From contig NIVC01000852.1 in the NCBI GenBank assembly GCA_002269645.1, positions 149,644 to 213,643 of the forward strand: a stretch of 64,000 bases of DNA. The letters run 5' to 3'. The notes beneath the pieces are model-generated. The model did no database searches. It had not been told where the DNA came from and was given only the letters and a program-made list of their open reading frames with translations. How positions within the stretch are numbered: the first letter of the stretch is position 1; each line of letters starts with the position of its first letter. The DNA is from Macrostomum lignano. Taxonomy: Eukaryota. This document shows positions 36,201-47,800 of the stretch, in pieces. A program made the position numbers and the translations under genes.

Positions 36201-36809
36201 CTTTTCACTGTCCCCCAGTCACTCTTTATTATCGCTTTCATCATCCCAGTTTGTCATCCCCTCTTTAACTGTTTTTGAAAAACCCCATCGCTACGGCTGC
36301 TAACTGTCAATCAAATTTCCCCTTACAGCATAATCAGGTTGCTAAGCGAGTCTGAGAATCAAAATGAAACTAAATTTTACCGGATATCCTGCTGTATAGT
36401 GATTGCATCAAGACCTTTTAAACAGGTAACTAAAAAACCCTCATTAAACAATTTCCCCAGTCCTAATTAGCGCGCCGTACCCGCGAGTCACACCTGCGGC
36501 TGAGACAATGACGCTGGTTGTCTGCTGCTTCAGAGCTCCCGGCGTGGCGTTTTAATAATGGACACGGACCAAGGTAAAGTTTGATTGACAGGCCTGCAGC
36601 GTCCTTGTAGATGAAGTTGTACATTAATTGCTTAGTTAGTTTACCGGCAGCTGTCAGGCAACAAGTGGCCATGAATTACCAACGGCATCCCTTTAGCACA
36701 GTTGACGAGAATGCTTTTAGGGGGGGGGGGTAACAGCTTGTGTAGTGAGCGGCCTTGGGCTTCTCAGGGGCTTCAGACTGGCAATGTTTTAAGATGGCTT
36801 TGGACTGTG

Positions 36810-37250
36810 GGAGGAGAGGAGAGGGAGAGAGGAAGGATAGGAGAGAGGAGAGGAGACAGATGAGGCAGAGAGAGGGGAGAGGGACAGCGAGGAGGAGAGA
36901 GGAGTAGAGATAATGGAGAAAGGAGGTAGAGAGAGGAGATAAGGTAGAGAGGAGAGGGAGAGAGGAGGCAGAGAGAGGGGAGGACAGATGAGAGGAGAGG
37001 AGAAAGGGACATACTCGTAGAAAGGGAGAGAGGAGGAGAGAGAGGAGAGAGGAGAGAGGGACATAGAAAGGGAGAGAGGAGGGAGAGAGAGATAAGGAAG
37101 GAGCCACTCAATCAGTTCTGATGGCCAACGAGCTTAGATGATTAATTTGCTTTTCCATTAAAATAGAAAAGGATGCGGAGAGAGGACATGTGGTAGAAGG
37201 CAGAGGAGAGAAGGGAGATGGAGAGAGAGGGGGGAAGGAGGGAGGGGGGA
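36810..37250. repeat. GA-rich low-complexity tract
   Basis: gagaggagag runs, interrupted at ~37100-37180. Confidence 0.8.
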
Positions 37251-37894
37251 GCCCAGAGGACTCAGAATGGCTATCCATAGCCCAGCTGCTAAATAATTGA
37301 CATCAAGGTTGGAAAGCAGGTGCCGGAGAGCTCGCAAATGAACTGTCAGTGTTGAACGCAAAGATGACAGGCAGCTCAGTAACAAAGCAATTAGAGCAAT
37401 TATGTGGCATTTTCAGTCTGGGTGCATAATTTTTAAACAGGAGTGTATTTCAAGGATTTTACAGTCCGCAGTGTAATAGCAGTATAACATTTTCTAGGCA
37501 CAAACAAACATCAAACAACATTTAATAACTATAATAGAAATCATGTTATAATGCAGTAAATATTGGATTCTGTTCGTTCTTAAAAACATGCTGTTACTAC
37601 TCCAAGCAGCTGGTGCATAAAAACCATTGATAATTCTCCAGCACAGAGTCCAAAGGTCATATTGACTCATCTAATCTACTACTACATGTATGGCTTGAGC
37701 GATAGCTACGGGCTGGATATGAAGATTACAAAGCTTAAATAAAATAAAGGAATTTAAGTCTAATTAACAAGTACCCTGATTTTCTACGGATTGAACACAA
37801 GGCGTGCTTTTTAATATAAAAATATCATCAGTTTATGTTAGGGCACTTCTAAACTGCAATTCCTATATTGTAAATTTTTTTAAAATAGGTCCCT

Positions 37895-38335
37895 ACAATG
37901 GGATATTTTCATACTACAGATCCCTTATTGGGATATATTCAAACTACAGACCCCCATTAGGTTATTTTTAAACTACAGATCCCTCATTGGGATATTTTTA
38001 AATCACAGATTTCTATTGGGATATTTTAAACTAAAAATTCACATGTTGGAATACTTTTAAACTACAGATCCCCCATTGGGATATTTTAAAATACAGATCC
38101 CCCATTGGGATATTTTAAAATACAGATCCCCTATTGGATATTTTTAAACCACAGATCCCCCATTAGGATATTTTAATCTACAGATCCCCCATTGGAATAT
38201 TTTAATCTACAGATCCCCATTGGGATATTTAAAAATACAGATCCCCCATTGGGATATTTTAATCTACAGATCCCCATTGGGATATTTAAAAATACAGATC
38301 CCCCATTGGGATATTTTAAAATACAGATCCCACAC
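37895..38335. repeat. ~29-30-bp minisatellite just 3' of the HERC2 stop
   Basis: atattttaaaatacagatcccccattggg. Confidence 0.9.
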
Positions 38336-38418
38336 TGGGATAATAACAGCCGCAGATCCCAATCCAAGCCCCTATAAAATCCATAGCCACAAAGCAGTTC
38401 CGAAGCATAGTCCGGACA

Positions 38419-38803
38419 TCAAGAAAAGAAGTCAAAGTCGGAACTGGAGCTGGAGCTGCCGTGCGCTCGTCGGTGGTGAGCGGCAGCCTCGGACAGCATC
38501 AATGCCGACAGCAGGGACGAGTCGGAGGCGGCTGTGACGGCTGCTGCTGCGGCTGCGGCGGCCTCCTGTGCCGCGGTCTCGTTCCCATTAGAGGCGTCGC
38601 TGTTTCGGCGGCTGCTTCTATTGCTGCTCCTGAAGCTGCTGCTGCTGCTGCTGCTGCTGCTGTTAGAAGAGGCGGAAGAAGACGAAGAGTCCACCAGTTG
38701 GCCCTGAGCCAAGGCGACCCTGGCGTAGTCGTCAATGTCGATGCTTTTGCAGAAGTGAATGGCGTAGCTCAGCTTCTCTTTGAGACGGGCCTTGGAGGTG
38801 TAC
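38419..38803 (-). CDS. HERC2: HERC2 terminal coding exon
   Basis: ctgcag|G; [31 protein letters not shown], then a Ser/Ala-rich tail to DFDFFS*. Confidence 0.93.
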
Positions 38804-41800
38804 CTGCAGTGAGACGGATAGTCTAGGCTGTAACTGTTTGGTCTCACCCTTTAACTGTGCCACTCTTAATTATTTCACGCTGATTTTCACTCTCATGATG
38901 TCACTCTCATGATGTCAGTCTAATTATGTCACTCTCATTATGTCACTCATTATGTCACTCTCATTATGTCACTCTCATTATGTCACTCTCGTTATGCCAC
39001 TCTCATTATGTCATTCTCATTATGTCACTCTCATTATGTCACTCTCATTATGTCACTCTCGTTACGCCACTCTCATTATGTCATTCTCATTATGTCACTC
39101 TCATTATGTCACTCTCATTATGTCACTCTCATTATGTCACTCTCGTTATGCCACTCTCATTATGTCATTCTCATTATGCCACTCTTATTATGTCACTCTC
39201 ATTATGTCACTCTCGTTATGCCACTCTCATTATGTCACTATCATTATGTCACTCTCATTATGTCACTCTCGTTATGCCACTCTCGTTATGTCACTATCAT
39301 TATGTCACTCTCATTATGTCACTCTCGTTATGCCACTCTCGTTATGTCACTCTCATTATGTCACTCTCATTATGTTACTCATGATGTTACTCTCATAATG
39401 TCACTCTTCATGCTGTCACTCTTCATGATGTCACTGTCATTAATGTCACTCTCATGCTGTCACTCTTCATGCTGTCACTCTTCATGATGTCATTGTCATT
39501 GATGTCACTCTTCATGATGTCATTGTCATTGATGTCACTCTTCATGATGTCATTGTCATTGATGTCACTCTTCATGATGTCATTGTCATTGATGTCACTC
39601 TTCATGATGTCATTGTCATTGATGTCACTCTTCATGATGTCATTGTCATTGATGTCACTCTTCATGATAGCACTCTCATTGAACGCGAGGCAGGGCGAGT
39701 GAATGAGTGAGTCAGCGGGTTGAATTATTCTACGAGCCACATACATCCATAGTGTACAGAACACTGCCTTGCTACTGCCCTGGCTCTCACGCTTAGCCTA
39801 GTGTCATGTTTTCATTCTCATAGCTTCAAGTCTCACCTGGGCATCTTGAGCAGAAAGAAGCAGGTATAAGCCTCCGGCAGGAAGTTATCAGGCGGGGTGT
39901 ACTTGTCCAATATCTGTATGACAAAGTCCCTGCCCCGCATGTCAGCCGGAGACCTGGGCAGGCGGGCGCGGCCCCACACGAATCTGAGGAACAGGGATCG
40001 TTCCGCGTTGGAAAACTCTTCCATGACCTCCCAGAACCAGCGCATTAGCGGGCTGGACTGTTCGACGCCTTTGTAAGTGGCGATAGACTTTAATAGAGCC
40101 ACGGGAATCTCCGGGTTGCCGCACACGACGCTCTCCAACTGCTGGCTGGTGAACAGGGACAGGTAGGGCAGCGGCACTACAAGGCTCAGACCGGCTCGAA
40201 TCTGAGCAGCCGCTGAGTCGAACTCGCGCAGCCGGTGCTGCACAGCCAGGCGAAGATATTCGGCCCTGTTGTCTGGTGTTATCGTAGCCGACGATGAGGC
40301 TGAAGACGATGAAGGAAGCTGGGGAGCCGGCAGTGGCAGCGGTTCTCCGCCTGTGATGCTCGTTACGGCGAATGGCAGCTCGGCGGTTGCTAAGGACGCG
40401 TCGTCCATAGTGCGAATGGCCATCAGGGAGGCCACAGTGTCCTTGTCCAAATCGGTGAGGTCGTCTAAGGTCAGCGGCTCGCCCGCGAACAGTTTCCACA
40501 TGGCGTCGTGCAGGCTGAGGTTCAACGGGCTGCCTGTGCGAATTGCGATGCCCAGGAGACTGCCGACAAACCGGAGCCACTTGGGATCGGCGGCCGAATG
40601 AGGGTTTAGCACCTGGGCAGAGGGTAACCATAGCAACAATTTTTCGTGCTATTCGATTGAATAGAATTTAGCAGGTACTACGAAATCTCCTGAAGACGAA
40701 CATTCCGCTTTAATAATAAGTTGTCATAACCTTTTAATGATTTTTCACCATCGTCACAGTAACTCGTACACATCCTTCCTATTTACTAATCTGCTAAGTT
40801 GTCATAGCAACCGTAGGAAAAATCGCCTTTACAGTAAAGTAGATTTGTTAAGTAATTTTTACGAATTCTCACGTAATTTCCGCGGAACTTCCACGGATTT
40901 TCCACGGAACTTCCACGGGTTTTCCATGTAATTTCCGCGAATTTTTCCTACATCTGGTATAAACACTCACCATGCAATCCTTGGCGGGCGCGGGGCACAG
41001 CAGCGGCACGGCGCCGGTGCTGAGCTCCTCGCAGATTTCGGCCACGCACTCCGAATAGCCGCCGCCGCAGTCGTCGACGGATTCGCCGACCAGTTTCACT
41101 TTCCAAACTCGTTGGGGCAGCAGCCAGTGCTCGGTCTGGGCGGACTCCATCTTGGCGGCCACCTGGGCCAGAACCGATCGGCTTGGGTCGCGCTTGGTCC
41201 GACGGGCGCTGGCACCGAGTCTTTGTTTAAAAAGCCAGATATTTGACGATATTAAGTCTTAGTTACAGATAGCATAAACTGTAAACACTATACTTAGGAT
41301 AAAGTTAGCATAAAGCCACAAACCTGTTGACTTCAATAACGGGCCCGTGCTGCTTGTCCCTGACCATAGTGGCCTGGATGACCTTGCGGAATAGGGACTC
41401 CTTCACGGAGGCTAGGAGCAAGTAGCGCAGCTGGTGCATTCCAGGTGCCTGCAATAGTAAATAGCAAATTTACTCCAAAGCTTCAAAATAATAATAATAA
41501 TAATTGATTACACCCGTCCTATTGGGAAGATGTGCAACCGACAGCTCAGCCGCCGCTATTGCGCGGCGCATCTGAAGGCTGCGTACGGCTTCACGGACTG
41601 GGGGGGGGGGGGTCGCCATACACACCCTCAATTACCCCAGCTAATGCTGGCACCCATTTTACAGCTGGGTGAACTGAAGCAATGCAGAGTTAAGTGTCTT
41701 GCTCAAGGACACAAATTGGCGTGAGTCCGACACTCTAACCACTAGGCTGCAACTCCCTATAACCCCCCTTTCGTGAACGAAAGTACAAACGCAACAAAGT

Positions 41801-44800
41801 ACCTGTGCACTAAAGTACACACGCCTGAAAGTACATGCTCATTAAAGTACACGCGCGTACACAGAAGAACACGTGCACTAACTAAAATCCGATAGAAATA
41901 ATTAATAGAATAAAACTCAATAGACCTCTAACCTGAAAGTTAATAAGCGGCGCAGTGTAGCAGAGCAGCTCAGAGAAGAGATTCAACAGTACTAGCCGAT
42001 CGCGCAGAAGAGACGGCGGCAGGCCTTGCAAAGCCGTGTACTCAACCGGCACAGACTCAGGCAGACGGCCGCCAGCTGATGAGCCGCCGTCGGCGCTAGA
42101 CTTATGCGTGCTCCAGGCCAGAGTGTGCGCAGATCCGCAGGCCACCTGGTTAATCATTTTACCTTGCAGAGCGGCCACTAGGCGAGGCCGGCCAATAGAC
42201 GTAGTGGTGGAATCGCCTAGTTGACCTTCGTCATTGTCGCCCCAGGTGTAAACCTCGCTCTCGGCTGTGCAGGCAACGCAGTGCAAGGAGCCGCAACAGA
42301 CGGCTATGATTCGCTTGCCTTCTAGGCTAGCCACAGCCTTTGGCCGGCGAACATGCTCGGGTGGGTCCTGGGACACGTGGCCTAATCTGTGATAATCGCC
42401 TTTGCCCCAGGTGTAGACTAGGCCCGAGGATGATAGAGCCACGGAGAACTGGGAGCCGCACTCGACCTTGATGATGTCCTTGCCAGTCAGGGAGTCGATC
42501 TTCATCGGGACTCGGCAGCCTGGGATTTATTTGTTGGATAAGGTCGCTTTCACAAGCTATAACCATGATAATCACGCGCCTCTCGGTCCGGGATGAGCAA
42601 CAGTTTTTTGCAAATTAGATAAATTACCTAAAACTTGGAGCTATTACTTTTACAATAGAGAAAAAATACAATTAGTTAATGGGTCCTCCTATGACTCCTG
42701 TCCTGAGAATGCTCGTATTAGTGGCTTAGCCAAAAGTGGAGGTCATGGGGTCGACTTTTTATAACTGCCAACAAAAAGGATGATAGACTGATAGTACATG
42801 TAGCTATTTCGGCTATTTATTCAACTCAAGCTACATACTGAACAATTCTACGATTAACTATAGTATGGCTATGATGGATTGACACTAAATTTTGAGTGTT
42901 TTAGCAGCATTTAGCTAAGTTTTTTCTTCTTAAATTTCACCCTTCCTGCGGATTCGTGTTAACTGTTAGGCGACAGGGCCGCCAGATGTCTGTAGACTGT
43001 TTGTTGTTACGTTGTCACTGCAGCGTGTTAACTGGCTGGTTATAATAAGGCGATTTTCAATTTACAAACTTACTATGTATGCATTATCATCAGAAATTAA
43101 GTACACAGCCTTTGATTTCTCGTTTTATATCGTAAAAATAATATTATTGATTGTTTTTTTCATTTTATTATATACCTAAACCTATGGGTCAGTAATTTCT
43201 CAGCTCTCTCCCAGTCTAGTGTACATTTACCGGCTGTTGGGTGTATGTACATTTGTTTTGCTTATCATTCCCCACGGCCGCGACTTTTCTCACCCTCTAA
43301 CGCTCGCTGATTGGCTCTTAAAGCGTAGCTTAAACTAGCCCCCCGCTGTGCCTGCTGATAAGCTCAGAGAGAGGCTTCTATAATGCACGATATAATACGA
43401 ATTTTCTCTCCCCTTTCGTCCGACCCCCCACTCTTTTAATTGACAAAACCACGCCTTCAACTTCATGGTCATTATTATTATTAACTTAAAGAAAGTACAT
43501 TGTACTTTTATATCACAGTTATAAGGCCATATTAAGTATAAAAGTAATTTGACTGGATTGATAAAATCGATATAAAAAACTATTACGCTCGTAGAGCAAG
43601 CGCTGTATAAAAGAAGTTTGTGTGTACAAATATGGTCAGGCAGGCGGCAGAGCAAGCCTTTTACGAATATTACTTCAGTCTCTAAGCTGATGCAGATGAA
43701 TCAACTATATAAAACTGCTAAGGCTAGGGCAACATTCCCTAAACTAAACACAGTTGTACTGGATCTAATGAATATTAGTACTCCTATTTAGTATATGTGG
43801 ATATATTACAGACTGAGCAGACCAGTGGCAGAGAGGCAGAAGGAAGATTCTCGAGTAGCATCGACGTTCGTAATTATAATAAGTTGAGATCGCTTTGCAC
43901 AGCTGTGCAAGCCAAACCGGCTCAGGGTCCACCTCCTAACATGCTCCACTCTAAGTAGCTAGCAAGCATCCTACTGGCTAAACAGTGGCTGCAGGTTTAA
44001 TCTACTACTAAACCATGCCTGCGACGTCTTATCTCAATATATATAAGTTTATTTCTGTAGAGCAGAATAGAAATGCGCAAGAAGCGGCAGGCAGCAGAGG
44101 CAACACGACTGAGGACTGAGGAGCCTGCAAAAGTGCTGTCTCTCGTTGTTTGTTGAGGGGGGGTGGTGGTTAGGCACCATTTCATTTGAGGGTCGTATGA
44201 CAATAAAGAATTCTAGAATGAAATATGCTACAAAGACATGTACAGACAATAAACTAGGAACTATTAATAGTACCAATTTCTATATTCCATAAAACTCGAA
44301 AAAGTCTTTGATCATCCCAGCTACATGTATTTGGTCATTAATCCTCCCAGCTAGGTCATAGACTATTTGGTCATTAATCCTCCCAGCTAGGTCATAGACT
44401 ATTTGGTCATTAATACTCCCAGCTAGGTCATAGACTATTGGTCATTAATCCTCCCAGCTAAGTCATAGACTATTTGGTCATTAATCCTCCCAGCTAGGTC
44501 ATAGACCAATTGGTCATTAATCCTCTCAGCTAGGTCATGGACTATTTGGTCATTGATCATCCCAGCCAAGTCATGTACTATTTGGTCATTAATCATCCCA
44601 GCTACATGTATTTGGTCATTGATCATCCCAGCTAGGTCATGGACTATTTGGTCATTGATCATCTCAGCCAAGTCATAGACTATTAGGTCATAAGCTTCAG
44701 TCAAATCTCACCTTCGGAGCCGCCGCGGCCCAATTTGCCGTAGTCGCCGTCGCCCCAGGACCAGACGCAGCCGTCGCAGGTGATGCACAAAGTCTGGGCG

Positions 44801-47800
44801 TCGCCGCTGCCGCAGGCAACGTCGACAACGCGATAATCTTTGAGCGCTTCGACTCGCTTCGGCCGACGCTGATCCTCCGAGTCATTGTGACCGAGGCGAC
44901 CGTAGCGGCCCTGGCGGGTGTGTGAATGGGTGAGTGAGTGAGTGACACGGCTGCTACCGTCAGTCATTTAGGCTTAGTAATATGTTGGATCATTGGTCAT
45001 AGAAAGCGGGTCATAGTGCATCAATCAGTCCTAGGTTGGGTTCCGGGGAGTTCAGTTCCGGAATATCAGTTCTGGAGATTTCAGTTACGGGGATTTCAGT
45101 TCCGAGGATTCCAGTTCCGGGGATTTCAGTTCTGGGGATATCAGTTCCAAGGATTCCGGTTCCGGGGAGTTCAGTTCCGGAATATCAGTTCTGGAGATTT
45201 CAGTTCTGGGGATATCAGTTCCAAGGATTCCGGTTCCGGGGAGTTCAGTTCCGGAATATCAGTTCTGGAGATTTCAGTTACGGGGATTTCAGTTCCGAGG
45301 ATTCCAGTTCCAGGGATTTCAGTTCTGGGGATATCAGTTCCAAGGATTCCAGTTACGATGATTCCAGTTCCGGGGGTTTCAGTTTCGGGGATTCCAGTTC
45401 CTGGGATTTCAGTTCCTGGGGATTTCAGTTCCTGGGGATTTCAGTTCCTGGGATTTCAGTTCCTGGGATTTCAGTTCCTGGGATTTCAGTTCCTGGGATT
45501 TCAGTTCCTGGGATTCCAGCTCCAAAGACTTCAGTTCCTGGGATTCCAGCTCCAAAGATTTCAGTTCCGGGGATTCCAGCTCCAAGGATTTCAGTTCCGG
45601 GGATTTCAGTTCCGGGGATTCCAGTTCCGGGGATTTCAGTTCCGGGGATTTCAGTTCCGGGGATTTCAGTTCCGGGGATTTCGGTTCCGGGGATATTAGT
45701 TCTGGGGATATTAGTTCTGGGGATATTAGTTCTGGGGATTCTCTTTTAAAGGAGGATCTGGCCTAATAAAGCAAAATGATCTCTCACCTTGCCCCAGGTG
45801 TACAGATGACCCTCGGCGCTAACGGCAGCCGAATGCGAGGCCCCGGCAGCCACAAAGGTCACCTCAGTGCCTAGCAGGGCTTCTATTAGCTTTGGCCGAT
45901 CAGCACTCTGACAGTTGCCGTGGCCCAGCTTGCCGTCCTCACCTTCGCCCCAGCTGTAGACTTCGCCATTCCTAGTCAGAGCCAGACAGTGCCTACCGCC
46001 GCTGCTAACGGCCACTCTAATCACAAACTCGTGCACCAGAGAGTCCAGCAGTGTTGGCGACGGCATCGAGTCGTTGCCGCCGATGCCCAGCCGACCGCCG
46101 GAGCCGTAGCCGCAGGCGTACACCTTGCCATCGGCGGTGACAGCGAATAGGCTCTGCTCGCCGCCAATGATTTGCACCGGTCGCAGGGCTGTCAAATTCT
46201 CGCACAGAGCCGGCGCTTTCACTTTGCTGCCATCAACCCCGCCAAGCTGGCCCCGATGATTGTGGCCCCAGCCCCAGATCTGCCCGGTGCCCGATGGCCA
46301 GGTCAGGGTCCACTGGTTTGGCGCCTTGTTGTACCAGTGCACCTGTGGGGTAGTGTGTCAGATTAACTATGTTGTTTGACAGTTCTGATCCTCAGGCCGC
46401 TGAGCTAGTCTCACGTAGTGATTCCTCTCCTCACATCTCCCCAACTGCTATCACATCTCCCCAACTGCTATCACATCCCCCCAACTGCTATCACATCCCC
46501 CAACTGCCATCACATCCCCCCAACTGCCATCACATCCCCCCAACTGCCATCACATCTCCCCAACTGCTATCACATCTGCCCAACTGCTATCACATCTGCC
46601 CAACTGCTATCACATCTCCCCAACTGCCATCACATCCCCCAACTGCCATCACATCCCCCCAACTGCCATCACTTCCCCCAACTGCCATCAAATCTCCCCA
46701 ACTGCTATCACATCTCCCCAACTGCCATCAAATCTCCCCAACTGCTATCACATCTCCCCAACTGCCATCACATCTCCCCAACTGCTATCACATCTCCCCA
46801 ACTGCTATCACATCTCCCCAACTGCTATCACATCTCCCCAACTGCTATCACATCTCCCCAACTGCTATCACATCTCCCCAACTGCTATCACATCTCCCCA
46901 ACTGCTATCACATCTCCCTAACTGCTATCACATCTCCCCAACTGCTATCACATCTCCCTAACTGCTATCACATCTCCCCAACTGCTATCACATCTCGCCA
47001 ACTGCTATCACATCTCCCCAACTGCTATCACATCTCCCCAACTGCTACGAGATATCATATCTCCCTCTTCTTCTCCATCGCTCCTATCTCTTGCTAATCA
47101 AGCAGCCCCAACATTTTCTACTTAATTTTCTTTTCTATCCTCCTCCCCCGGTCTCACTTGAACTCTTTTTTAGCCATATTAATTTCTTTCAGCCTAGAAA
47201 AGGCAGCACAATGGCGACACACTTAAACCCAATTAATTAAACGCAGTCTGAAATCTATTCAGTTACCAAGCTGATCTACACTGCTGCGCACAAAAGGATA
47301 GCATAGCTACACTATAGCTATTCATAAAGCCACAGCTTCACTACGTTCTAACGCATTTCCCCCTTCTCTCGCAGGAACACGCATAAGCGCATAGAACCGT
47401 AACAAGGAGTATTAGCCCAACAAGGCCACTCGTTTTGATTAAAAAATCTAACAGCTATTATATTTATGACATGTATATATTATTATATATTTTCACTCTT
47501 ACTCAACGCTATCTATAAAAAGATTGCTACTTTATACCTTTTTAATGTAATCGACACAGGACTAGCTAAAAATACACTGTAAGCCGGCTACTGTTAATGC
47601 GACGGGAATGATAAAATGCACTTCTCCCAGTTATTGAACAGGTAAATAGCAGCTGAAAGATCGGGGAGGGGGTGGCAGCTGAAGGATGGGGGAGGGTGGC
47701 AGCTGAAGGATGGGGGAGGGTGGCAGCTGAAGGATCGGGGAGGGGTGGCAGCTGAAGGATAGGGGAGGGTGGCAGCTGAAGGATGGGGAGGGTGGCAGCT

